64,000 nucleotides of DNA from Epithemia pelagica. Lineage: Eukaryota > Protista > Bacillariophyta. The DNA lies in contig OX337233.1 of the NCBI GenBank assembly GCA_946965045.2, positions 3,782,001 to 3,846,000 of the forward strand, in the 5' to 3' direction. The position numbers and the translations under genes are program-made. Below the pieces are notes generated by a model, which worked only from the letters and a program-made list of their open reading frames with translations, was not told where the DNA came from and ran no database searches. Positions 24,447 to 36,992 of this stretch are shown in pieces; position 1 is the first letter of the stretch, and the number at the start of each line of letters is the position of its first letter.

Positions 24447-26271
24447 TCCCCGTGCGGCTCTGGTCGTTGTCCTGGGGCGGCAAGTTGTTGGTCGAATCGC
24501 AACCGACGACGACTGACACATTCTGGTACTACGTTGTTGTTCCAGCAGTAGTGTGGTGGTCGACACTTGCTGGTGTATGGAACGAACCGTGGCCGAACGC
24601 TGCACAATTCTGAACGGGGTTCGACTCACAACACTCCGTCAAAGACTGTGCCGCAGTCAACAACGAAAACAATGCCTCCACTTTGGATGATACCCGACCA
24701 ACAAGTCTTGGATGGATGAATGAATGATCTGATAGAGAGGATTGATCGTCCAATATGTGTAACAGAAGAAGAAGAGAGATCCAAGGATCCTCCAGGAGGA
24801 TTTTGCCTGACTGGTGTGTCACCTCTTTCGTTCAACGGACAAACTCTATATGGTTTGTCCTTTTGATTGGAAGATGGATTGAATTTGGGGGATCGCCCTC
24901 CCTGGCCTTTGTGGGTACCGGTTGGGCGCGGGTTCACTGTTGGAAATTGTAAGAATTTTGTCCCTGGAAACCGATCGGGAAGTGTCATTCCGACACGAGA
25001 TCGCTATTCCCCGATCACTCCTTCATTTTTGACGTGACGCGTCAGGCCATGGAAGACGTCAATTTTCGGATGTGTCAATACAGTCAGGTAGCTACCTGGA
25101 CTCCTACTTGCGCTAGCCGAGCTTCTTCTCTTCGTAGGAGGCATGGTGTGATTGTTTCGGTTCTCTACACAGTACAATAGTCTGAATCGAAGACATTGTC
25201 CTACCTCTCTACCTAGACTCAAAGAATCATATGATTTAAGAGTCATTCCTTGCGAATATAGGGTTGTGCATCCATTCTACTAGATACAGACCCAGTGCTT
25301 TTGGTTCCAAAGGAAGAGTCTGCGACACAAGTACGACTCTTCCTCCCTTCTATATAGATTATTCTGTCCATTTTCCAGGTCTACTGGCTTTGTAGTATGG
25401 TTCCATGTGTTTGGATCCCACTCTTGGTAGGATTACAACTCAAATGAAGGGAATCCACGGCGTGACCAGAAGCTAGAGAGGGCAGTGCTAGGGGACCCAC
25501 CGAACGATGTTTGGTCGCATCCGTCCATAGGACATGCATGACACAGCCTGTTGACGTTCGACCAAAATCACGTGACTTTGATCGCAAAGAACAATTCCTT
25601 TTTCAATATTCTGATATCTGTCACCTTGGAGACACCCAACAGGTAGGCACGACCAACGACCACCGCATCTGTCCGTTGGTGAACTCTCGACCTGCGATTC
25701 AATATTGTAGAGTCCGTGTTACGTGTTTTGGATAAACTTTATACTACTAGGAGTACCTACTACCTAGTACAAAGTACTCCCTCCGTGGAAACAATGGGGA
25801 CCTACTCGTATCGGGTACTCGTAGAGTGGTGAACCCAATTCGGACATTGGACCCAGCAAGATTTCGGATGTCTCCATGACTCTCTCCGACCAACGATTTT
25901 CTCGACCGCTCTCACAAATTACACAAACGCGCATACTCATGTTGTCGAGAGTCAACCATGCTTCGCTCTCTAGAGATGGAATCCAAAAACAATGAACTTG
26001 GGTGTTACGAGGACTAACGGCAAAATACTGGAGCACCGAGACACGCTACGATAAAGACAAACAGATCAATGCAATCAATCAAGTGCCTAACATGCATTTT
26101 ATATTTCTCATGTAAACTAAAAAAACAAGAGCATGCCGATCATGAACTGATTCCTTCCAATATTCAAATGTGCAGCGACTTGGTAACTCAATGCCACTCT
26201 TCTTTTGTCTGGATGGCATGAGTCGACCGAATATAATAGTGATTCGTAGTGTTGCTCGTCTTGGCATTATG

Positions 26272-28461
26272 TTATGTCGATAGACAAGGATCTCCGTCAG
26301 TATTCTGAATCCACGCATCCATTATCTCGGGAGAACAGCCATCCTTTCTATCATATTGGCCGTCGTAGCCACACTCCTTAAAAATCTGGTCACAGGTACA
26401 TCCACGAGTATGGTAAATGGTATACCTGTAGGGCGAAGGCGTTTCCTCCAACCGACGGACTCGGTCTTTGTCGCTCTTTTTGCGGCTCTTCTTCTTCTTC
26501 GACTTCTTTTTCTCCACGGCCGGCACTGCGCCAACGTCAAATTCAATTTGGTTTTCGTCCGACAGTAACGCCGCATGATGAGGCTTGAGGTCATCTCGCT
26601 CCGTTTCTTCCGGGATTATAGAGCCGGGGCACAAATCTTTCAAATCGGGGACTCCATCTCCGTCGTCGTCATAGGAAGCGCTACCGCACATTTGGCAGGG
26701 AGTCGTAAAGGAACCCTGGAAATCATCCAAACCACAAGGGAGAACGCAATATTATAGGGTGAATTGAAGCTCAACAGCTAGAGGGCACGATGAGAACAAC
26801 ACAAACATGACACACGTACCACATCCGTAACACGGAGACGAACGTTTCCCACCTGGTCGTCTTTTCCATGCACCAGAATTTTGTACGGTGTTCCCGCGCA
26901 CGTATCAATGATCACGCGGGCAGTATTCAAAGAACCACCAATGCATAAGCCAAGAGAAGGACCGGTTCCACAAAAGATGCTGATTCTGGCATCAAAGTCA
27001 GCGGCATACAAACCAGTGTCGTCATACAATGAAACTCCACTTGTGTGCCGGTTCCCATGAAATCATACCAGACTCCTGGTGCTGTAATTTTCAGTCCACA
27101 TGTCATTCCCACAAGTCCATATTTCAGCGTCACCCCAGCTGTTGTTCCCTCCACCATATCACCCTCATATACTGGCTGGGACGCAACCAAGGCATTGTTG
27201 TCAGGAGGCTGTGGATCTTCCGTAATGGACAAGACAAAGTCAAAGCCTTGATGTCCATTAATGTAATTGTTGACCAAAATAAAGTAGTAATCGTCATCAT
27301 CCGTATCGACCACGGTTGGGAACTGTACGACTGGTTTCGTTGGTTGATTCAAAAACTGGCCCGAGTTTGCCGTGATACAGGTCGGATTATTGCTGAAGAG
27401 TTGCTTGTGGCCATGATAGACATGTAGTTGAGCATAGTCATCCGCCGTCTGTCCTCGATTTTGGGTGACAAGGATGCGAGAAAGACCGTGCCGGTTCCTT
27501 TTACCTTGTACCACACACCATTGGAATTCGATGGAGTGAATCCAAAACAATCTACTACGACTTGATCGTCAGAGAAGGACCTCACTGTAGTGCCACTGAT
27601 CAATTGGCCATTCGTCACCTCTACAGCACTTGTCCAAACATCATTGACGGGAGTGGCTGGATCCACGTCAACGGCGAGTTTGAAGTTACCTTGCGCGTCG
27701 CCAACTCCATGGACAAGTATATAATAGTCATTGCCCTGTACTGCCTTGAACCGAACCGTCGACCCGTTCTGTGAGGAGGAGGAACAGCCACCTTGGTGCC
27801 CCGTCACGCATTGCAGGGCATTCGTTCTGCAATCATTGCCCAGTGGAATGGAGTAGACACTGAGCTTGGTAGCAGTATTAAAGTTCACAGCGCTATTGCA
27901 GGTCGATAGTTGATACTTTTGATCATTGCCCTGGAGCTTGTACCAGACACCGCTATGACTGGACGTGGGCGTGAGACAAAAGGGGGCACGGTCCGTGTCT
28001 GGAGTGGAATCTGTGATGGTTCCGGTTTTGAATTCTCCGTCTATTCCTGTCAGTTCTTTGGCTCGCTGACACTTGTCCTTACCTGTCGGCGTAGCAACGC
28101 GTCTGGAAACCGAAACGAAATCATGCGAGGTGGTGTTGACAATGGATGGTAGGGTTCTGTTTTCACGAGACTCTTGGGGAGTGTCAACATCTGCATCCAT
28201 GTCCTGATCCTCAAATAATCAAGCAACACAAACAAGAATTCACCATGTTAGAAGAAACGCAGCAACAAGGATTGTTCGGCCGAGTGCTTCACTGTCTGTC
28301 TGTGAATGCAACCGTTTCATGGTGGTTGGTGTGTTGCTTACCACACAATTGAGTGGAGTGTCATGCTTGTTGTGAGTCGAGAGACGAGCCCATGCGGTTG
28401 GCGGAAAGGTATGGGCGACCAGTAGTAGTAGTTGTAGTAAGACTGCTGGGAAGCGGGCCAT
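26272..28461 (-). pseudogene. Secreted PPC-like repeat gene C (3 domains plus TSP3-like/Cys domain), two 1-bp frameshifts
   Basis: Exon 1 28461-28342 (MARFPAVLLQLLLLVAHTFPPTAWA), intron 28341-28204, exon 2 with -1 frameshifts at ~27468 and ~27032, intron 26819-26716, last exon 26715-26272 (DDDGDGVPDLKDLC...TRGCTCDQI...GCSPEIMDAW). Confidence 0.8.
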
Positions 28462-29166
28462 GGCTGCTGTTGTCGATTCTTGGAATGGTCTGTTTGATTC
28501 TTGTGGATAGTGTTTGTTTGGCGTTGATCCACAGTGTAATCTTTTGAAACGGTTGTGTGTGTGTGTGTCTTTTTTATGAGCCAAAAATTGGTCTGGACGA
28601 GAAGCTGTCTGCATGTATTCTCGGATGTCTCCAAATTGAGACAAACCTGATGCTGATGATGATGAGACAAGCTTCGGTTCGCATATCTGATCCTCCTCCT
28701 CTTGGGTCCGTGTTGTAACACTCTCAAAGTAAGGAGTACCGACGGGGGTACATCCAACAAAGAAGAAGGGCATCCCGAAGACGAAAACGACGACGACGAC
28801 AAGAGCTTCTCATCGATCGAGATACGAAATTGCCAATCGCGACCATCTCTCAGAACGAATCCGTGTACACTTGTTGTATCGAGTTGAGAATGTGGGAACG
28901 AGCCTTGAACCAGAGAATGGCCTCTTCAACAATCATTATTATTTGTCAGTCGGAATCACTGCCTTGGTGTTCGGATCTCGTTTGATTTTTCTACTATAGC
29001 GCATCCATTTGCGAAGCGAGAAAGGTTCTCATCATGTTTTGATCTCTTGTTCGTTGTGATTTGTGACGAGATACCAGAAGGCAAGTTCCCCTTCGTATTT
29101 GGTTCTTGTTCTTCTTCATCCATCCCATAGCAGTGTCTGCGAACACAACAACGATATTATCATTAC

Positions 29167-29200
<34 letters not shown>

Positions 29201-30914
29201 TCATGATTGGAATTCGGATAATCTGTGCGTTGTGGTTCGCTTTTTTTTGAATATACGAGAGGGGAAGCGGCACTGTCCAACCTCTCATTGTCCCATCTCG
29301 ATATCGATACGACCGAGGATCATCTTCCGGACAAGCAACGGGAGAGAAAGAGAGAGACCTTCGCCAAATCGTTCAGTGTCAATGGCTCTGTCATCGTCTC
29401 CCTGGGTTCAGGCATCGCACTCGCATTCGCCCTTTTTGCAGGGGACATTCCCCCCAAGTTCTCGCCTTCACCTCTATTCACCCCCGTTCGAGTCCCAGGG
29501 GACTCAGCGAACAGATACCACCAAGAGATGAGGGACTTGCTCTTAAGCGTCTTGGCTTGCTCGGAAAGGTCTGACCGGCGCCCGAATTTACAATATTGAA
29601 GACGGCGTGGCTTTGCGAGCCGTTCGACACTGAATCACTCACATTTTCAGGAGGTCCGGATTGTGCTCTCCGTCAAAGTCTGAACTGACCCCTTTACGAT
29701 GGCACGCTATGGAAACGATCAGAAGTGAAGCCCGTAATAGGCCCAGAGGTGGAGGCGCACCAAGGATAGTACCTGGGAATGCTCGTTGGCGGCTGGAAGC
29801 ATCACTTTGTAACCCCAGACGCCGTTGGTGGTGGCACACATGTTCTCGTGCAATGTTCGTTCTCCAATGGAGTTTGCTCTATTGCCTGAATCGAGTACTG
29901 GAATTACGTACATGTAGTCTCGTGCTTTGCATTGGTGTTGTTTCCAACATTGTAGCGGGTCGGTTCAAGACATTCGATTACACCTACAAAGAAGGACGGT
30001 TGTGAGGTATACTATATACGGTCCACGGACCTTCAACAAACTGGGGAGTCGCCAAATGGTCCAAAGACCTCAAACTGACTGGTGGGGAGTCGCCAAATGG
30101 ACTGGAGTAGAGAGTGGGTGTCCTCTCGAGTCCCTTTATGGCCAATCGTGTTGAGGCCACAGTCCCAATTCACCTCAGGAGAACGCGTAAGTCAACGAGA
30201 GTTCCTTTTGGCAGTCGCAACATGGGAATCTTTTGCTTCGAGAAGAGTCATTGGAACTGATGCAAGCTACATTCAAATTGTAGCACGCACCATTCCTTGC
30301 AATTTCGAATGCAGGTTGCGTCCAAGAATCAGCAACCTGTTTTCGTTTGCAAAGCAGGCAGCATGATGCCTTGGCTACTGCAGGAACCTGTCGAATGGTC
30401 CAGATTGTATTATATGCTTCTTGTGGTCGAACAACCTGCTACGAACATTGTGTGATCCGCAGGAGGCCTCCAAGGAACAAGTGTGACACAAAGGGGGGCG
30501 AGTATATACCCGTAACAACGATGGTCCCTCCAATTTGTGGTTGCAGTGTCTCGCTCCTCCGTAGAACGCAGAGTTGACGAGATGGTCCTAGAGAATCCAA
30601 TCCTCGTATACACTATACCTACAAGCAGATCTGTCGGTCTGCCAGTCGATGCGAAAAAAGACCCCCACTAGATGAGACTCCCTGGTTGTATCTACCACGG
30701 TCACATATAGAGGAAAAGAATAGAGTTCGAATGGAAAACGAAAAAAACTATCTATATACTCTTGGGAATGGTACTCATGAGATATACATAGCGAAATGTG
30801 GGAGGGTCTGGAATGCTTGGTACTTCCAGAACTCTTGAGAGAAATGGGCCGCGAAGGATCTGTCGCGGCCCCGGAGGATCCTTACTGAGAATCATAGTCG
30901 CAATATTGAAATCC

Positions 30915-31851
30915 TTAATGAAAGGCATCAATCTTGGCCAAGACGGGGACGGATCCGGGAATGGCATGTTCGGACAAGAAGCTCATGATGGCAATCATGG
31001 CCAAGCGTCCATTGTTGAGTTCGCGATTTTGCTTGGTTCGCATGACATCCGCCGAAATACCGCTGCTGTCCACCTTGGGCCAAATCAATTCGGCCGTGGG
31101 TCCGCCCATCATGTAGTGCGGTTTTTGCAATTCGGCAAAGGATTCGGCCAGGAAAATGGTGCCAATAATTTGCCACTTGCCTGAGGAATAGTGAAACAAT
31201 AGAAAGAGAGAACAAACACCAGTGTGCGTGAGACAAAACACTCTCGAAAGAATCGCCACACTGCCATTCCACAACTCCAACAACAATCTACAATAGACGT
31301 ACCAGCATCGGAGACGGCCGCCCATTGATCAACGGGGTTCAAGCCGGAGAGGGATTCAAAGGTGACGCCCTGCGACAGGTATCCAGGAAAGTGCAAGCCA
31401 GCGGCTTGGACCAAGAATCCCGTCGTGGCCAACATGGCGACACGGCCATGTTTCAATTCGGCCGCTCGGAACCAATTCAAGGTTTCTTGCGATCCCTGTT
31501 GACTGTACTTGAGCGGATCAAAGGTGCCCAAGGGAGCCGTACCGCCCGCCATGGACTCCAAATCGGCCGCCATGGACAAGGCGGACTAAAATAATATATA
31601 CAAACAGTGTGTCATACCAAAGAGACGTTCAAGAGAGAACAGACAGGAAGAAAAACATGACATTCTCGTGAGAATGTAAAGTTGTTCGAAGACCTCCTCC
31701 GCCATCATAAAGATACCTTGGTGATCCGTCCATCGAGCAACCTCTCATCATGACGACGATAACAACCTACCTGTTGGGAGGGAATGGAGGCCGGAGCAAA
31801 GGCCGAGGCCGTGCTGGCCATCAACAAAGCGGTCAAGGTCTTGAACATCAT
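30915..31851 (-). CDS. fcp: Light-harvesting fucoxanthin-chlorophyll a/c-binding protein (209 aa); subfamily not assigned
   Basis: Exons 31851-31771, 31585-31303, 31180-30915 join in frame; ASAFAP presequence; FDPL, WFRAAELKHGRVAMLA and RELNNGRLAMIA LHC motifs. Confidence 0.95.
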
Positions 31852-32299
31852 GGTGGTGGTGGTGGTGGTATGTCTCAAAAGAAGGAGTATTCTTGCGGTT
31901 GTTGCAATTGAATCCACACTTCCGCCTCGCGATCTTTGCCGACTTGAACCTCTCTCTGTGGGAATCGCGACTCCTTCGTCCTGACGTGTCGACACTCAAG
32001 CGCGACTGCAGTTGAAAAAGACGAGCGACACTCCAGTTGACGTACCACAGTCCGTGTCGCCCCACCACACACACCAACCTCAACCCTCGCTTTGGATCTC
32101 GCCATCACTCATCTCCCTCTCCCTCCGACTCTCGATACTTGGACCGCCCGTTGTCGTGACTTGGTTTGGATCTGGAGAGAGGTTGTGGTTCCTGTGTCTG
32201 TGTATGGCACTACCGCATTCGTAAAGTAGCAGCAACAAACGATAGAGAAGAAGAAGAGACGGAGAATCACCAGAGACAAACCGATTGTGTATCCAACGA

Positions 32300-32302
<3 letters not shown>

Positions 32303-32335
<33 letters not shown>
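32303..32335. repeat. (AG)16 microsatellite in the divergent LHC/NMT intergenic region
   Basis: Direct reading. Confidence 0.9.
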
Positions 32336-32336
<1 letters not shown>

Positions 32337-32403
32337 GGATCGATTGGTGTCATTGCTGTTCCCTCGAGAGAACCATCCATATCATTCATCATTATCATTC
32401 ATC

Positions 32404-34218
32404 ATGTCACAACCAGACGAGGATAACAACGAAACCAACAAGACGGATGCTCCAGGCACAAGCACCACAAGTCTCACAACCGCCGCATCCAATCGACATG
32501 CCTTTTGGAGTACGCAGGTATGAAGTTGCCATGTTTGTGTTTGGATATCTATCAATATATATGGAGGAATGGAGCTCCTGTTATGTTATCAATGACGTTT
32601 TGTGGTCGTTTGCTCTCATATGGTCTCCTTCTTCTTGTTGTTGTTTCTTCTTTTCTCTGTCTCTGTTTATGTATTTTTTCGTGGCTTGTTTCCCGTGCCC
32701 CTTGCATCTCGTCCTTTTGGTCGATCCATTGCATCCCACCTCTCTCTCCCTACATACACACACATTCGAATCAATCAATAGCCCATGCCGCACGGTCCTT
32801 CGGGTCGCGATACCTTACCGGAAGGTCCGATTGAAACGCCATCCTTGGATTCGATTCGCACAACGCCGTATAATATGCCTCCAGGCTTTACCTGGGGACC
32901 CGTACCCGTTACCGAACCCGAATCGCTGTTGGAATTGTACAAGCTCTTGACGCACAATTATGTTGAAGATGACGATGCCTTGTTTCGCTTTGATTATTCG
33001 CCCGAATTTCTCGTCTGGGCCTTGACGCCCCCCGGATGGCGGACCGACTTTTTGGTCGGTGTCTACAACAATAGCAAACAAAAGAAATTGGTGGCCTTTA
33101 TTTCCGGCGTGCCCACAACGATGCAAATTCACGGACAGGCCGTGCCCGTGGTGGAAATTAATTTCTTGTGCGTGCACAAGAAATTGCGGAGCAAACGATT
33201 GGCACCCGTACTCATCAAGGAAATTACGAGACGCGCCAATTTGCAAGGCATTTTTCAAGCCGTCTACACGGCCGGTACCGTCTTGCCCGTGCCCGTCTCA
33301 TCGGCCCGCTATTATCATCGGAGTTTGCATCCCAAAAAGTTGGTCTCGGTCGGCTTTTCCCGATTGCCGCCCAATGGACGCTTGACCTTGGCCCGCATGT
33401 GCAAAATGTATCAATTGCCCGCGACACCGGTCGCCCTGCCGCAATTGCGTCCCATGACGGCCGCCGATGTCCCGCAAGTGACCAAATTGTTGCAAGATTA
33501 TTTTGCCCAAAATCAATTTGCCATGCATGTCCAATATACACCGGAAGAAGTCGCCCATTGGTTCTTGCCCCGACCCGGCGTCATGGATTCCTACGTGGCC
33601 GAAACTGAAATTACCACGAACACGACAAGCACGACGACGACCCCAGATGCCACGCCATCGTCTCAACAACCACAACAACCAGAAGCGGACGACAACGATG
33701 ACAACGGCGATGAGGAAGCAGCAACCGCCGATGCCGACAACGATGGGGAGGAAGCAGTGCACCAGGACGACTCGACGCAAACAAAGTCCAAAAAGAAGAA
33801 AAAGAAAAAGACGAAACGAAAAAAGAAGCAAATTACCGATTTTATTTCCTTTTATCATTTGCCGAGTAGCATCTTGAATCAAGGGGGACCCAACAATACC
33901 AACACTACGACACCGTCCGAGGCCGGTTCCTTGACCCCGGAACAAAAACAAGACGATTATTCCACCCTCTATGCGGCCTACAGTTATTACAACATCGCCA
34001 CGACGGTGTCCCTCCAAGCCTTGCTCAAGGATGCCCTCATTTTGGCCAAACAACGCGGCGCCGATGTCTTTAATGCCCTCGACTTGATGGACAATGATCC
34101 CGCCACGGTATTGGAACCTCTTAAATTTGGCATTGGCGATGGACAATTGCAATATTACATTTACAATTGGTCTTGTCCCGTCGTGCCGGCCAAAAAAGTG
34201 GGACTTGTCTTGTTGTAG
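32404..34218 (+). CDS. NMT: Glycylpeptide N-myristoyltransferase (516 aa)
   Basis: Exon 1 32404-32517, intron 32518-32781, exon 2 32782-34218; HAFWSTQP, YVEDDDALFRFDYS, EINFLCVHKKLRSKRLAPVLIKEITRR, DVFNALDLMDN, FGIGDGQLQYYIYNW, C-terminal VGLVLL. Confidence 0.97.
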
Positions 34219-35761
34219 AAATAGTAGTAGGAACCAGTTAATTCTACCAAACATGCACCCTCTGTTACAAGAGCTGTACCAAACGTGTTAACACAACAGT
34301 TCTCTACGAAATCCTCTAGAGGTTCCAGATTACCACCACCACCAAACTGGTACTTAGATATATGTAGGATAGATCCATGGCACAGAACACAGAAGTGCCC
34401 TCGCAGTGAATGAGATGCCCCGCGGTTCCGGGTTGCGCGGTACCCGAAGTGCATAGCACGACTAGCTTTTTGACAGCGTTCATCACCTGTTCCGCGACTG
34501 AAACGTGACCTCGAGAAGAGAGGGGCAGGACAATGGGATAGTAGAGATAGCCGCCCGCGACGACAGGGCATCGAAGGCTGCGGTTTCGTAGGCAGTTCGG
34601 CGAGATCTCGAATGTCTCGGATACACGAGGCTCTTGTTGTCGACATGTGTTGGAGTATAATAGTGGGACAACTGACTTTCCCTCTGTGTGGATCTGTTGG
34701 CATTTTCCGTTTGCTTGCTATACTCTATATACCTCAACCACCAAACAACTCCACTCCACCTGACAAACGCAATGTGTTGGATCCCATAGATGACCCAACA
34801 TGAGGTCCTCCACAGAATAAAAGGAGACTTCAGGAACCAGACATGCCATGGCGCATTCGTCCTTGTACTAGAGTTTGATTGTCACATACCCATACCAGAC
34901 GTCGCTATAGCGTTGTCTCGTCATACGTTCCAAACCAAACAACGGAATCGATAATAGACAAGATAATGCCCAGCACCGTTGCGTCCCGTGAGGCCGTTTC
35001 CACTGCCATTATGTCTTTCTACCAAACAAAACACTCCCGTGGAGCAGCTGGTTGTGGTCAAGATGACGAGCAACAAGTCTCCACCAAGAATGTTATGAAA
35101 GACAAAGTGGGACTTGATCCTTCCTTTGCCCTGGATCGAGTCCAGTGGCACTATCCGGTTTCCTGCTTCATCATCATGAGACACATTTACTATAGCATGA
35201 CACATACTCTTGTCAGACCGACAAATAGGTAACACTCTTACTATGTAGTTCGAAAAACAATGGAACATCTGTTTCCGTTTCCTTCATTTCTCGGAGCAGT
35301 TGCGAAGCAGAGGAGTTCTCAGTCCGGATTGTTATGGGACACTTTGGAACGAGTGAAGTGGCAAGTGGCACATTCATCATTGATTTCATATCCCATAAGA
35401 CACAAATGATTATATCATGGCACATGCCCATTTCAGACAAAAGCGGGATGATCAGGTGGACAAATTACGTTTTATGATTTACGGGACCATCATAACACTT
35501 TGCTTTGACCCGACAAAAACTTTGTGATTGTCCATGTCCACTGTATGGCGATTGTGATCTATTAGGCTATCTCCACCCGGGGCCGCTAATGGTCCAAATA
35601 CCGCTATTGAACTCCACCATCTCCTCTAACCGCTAAACAGCTCCCCTATCCGCTATTTTTGCCGCTATTTGGGGCCCCCAATAGCAGGGAAAATAGCGGA
35701 TAGCGGTAACCGTAGGCATAAATAAATCAACGCATGATGCCAACAGCGTCCCCTTCATTTG

Positions 35762-36043
35762 GTTCTGTAGTGTTTTTGAATCTCTCCCGCCAAAGAGGTG
35801 GCATGGTAGCGATCGCATGGCATCTCTTGGGTTTCATGCTGGTGTTTTTTATGCCTCCTTCATAAAACAATCAAACAGAAAACATCGGTCGTGGGTCTGT
35901 GTATTCTGTTGTGCTTTTGAATCTCTCCCGCCAAAGAGATGGCATGGTAGCGATCGCATGCCATCTCTTGGGTTTCATGGTTGTGTTTTCTATGCCTCCT
36001 TCATAAAACAATCAAACAGAAAACATGGGTCGTGGGTCTGTGT
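35762..36043 (+). repeat. 141-bp tandem duplication covering the leader and start of Harbinger ORF1
   Basis: 35762-35902 versus 35903-36043; copy 1 has ATC (35884) where copy 2 has the ATG (36025). Confidence 0.9.
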
Positions 36044-36984
36044 GGTCACCTGAAGAAAAGCGCATTGCTGCACTTGCGTGGAAGAGGGCCTCTGCCGACC
36101 CTATTTCTGGTGCTGACCAGAAAGCTGATATATTCCGTGAAAAGGTAAAAGTAAACATTGCAGCACTTGCCCCACATGATTGCGACAAACAATGCTACCA
36201 CTATCGCTCCACCGCGTCCATTTTTGGACATTTGCGTGATAGAGTTTTCGCAGACATCCAGAAGTTCAACAGTGTGTTGCGGTTGGTCGAAGGAGCAAAT
36301 CTAAGTGATGTGGACAAGCAACAGAAAATAAACATGGCAGTGGCGATTCACCTCAAAAAAAGTTCGCTTCCTTCCTACCTTTTCAAGAGCTTTGATGCAT
36401 ACCAGTGGCCCAACTATCTGGCATGGATCGAATTAAAAGATATCCCTAAATTTGCTGTTGCCAAGTCCTCTTCGTCCAACTCTGGAGAGGATGACAACGT
36501 GACGGACTCCGTCTTTGATTCCTCAGCAGACGCGGAACAAGTGACATCTACTCCTAAGCCCAACAGCAAGAGTCGTCCTGGTGGTCGAGACATGGCAAAA
36601 TCAAAAATGCTCAAGAACAAAAAGACTGATGAGACACGAGAACGGCTTGAAGAAGCAAAGAGACTCCGCCTTGCTATCGAGCACCGTAATAAACAGTTAG
36701 AGAGCATTGGGCGTCTGGCACAGCTGAAGAGCGTTATCTCATTGTGTGGTGAGACTCACAAGGACCAAGTTTACCAACTCAAGCAACAGCTTCTTGAAGA
36801 AACCTTGCGCAAATATGGACAAAACCTGTCTAGCGCTGGTGAAGGTGAAAAAGAAAATGAACCTGGTACAAACGAAGGTGACAAGGAAAATGACCCAGAA
36901 GAAAGCACTTACTCTACAGAAATTATGGACGGCGATGAATCTGAAGTGGCGGTTGCACTCAACCAGCTTGCAACTAGTATTTAG
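36025..36984 (+). CDS. Harbinger ORF1 (Myb/SANT-like DNA-binding protein, 319 aa)
   Basis: MGRGSVWSPEE...AW...S.DPISGADQKA..F N-terminus and RPGGRDMAK C-terminal motif typical of Harbinger accessory proteins; lies inside the TIRs. Confidence 0.85.
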   Translation: MGRGSVWSPEEKRIAALAWKRASADPISGADQKADIFREKVKVNIAALAPHDCDKQCYHYRSTASIFGHLRDRVFADIQKFNSVLRLVEGANLSDVDKQQKINMAVAIHLKKSSLPSYLFKSFDAYQWPNYLAWIELKDIPKFAVAKSSSSNSGEDDNVTDSVFDSSADAEQVTSTPKPNSKSRPGGRDMAKSKMLKNKKTDETRERLEEAKRLRLAIEHRNKQLESIGRLAQLKSVISLCGETHKDQVYQLKQQLLEETLRKYGQNLSSAGEGEKENEPGTNEGDKENDPEESTYSTEIMDGDESEVAVALNQLATSI

Positions 36985-36992
36985 TGATTAAC

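Noticed and set aside
25775-25786. TACTCCCTCCGT, a Stowaway-like MITE terminus
   Set aside because: No matching inverted end found nearby.
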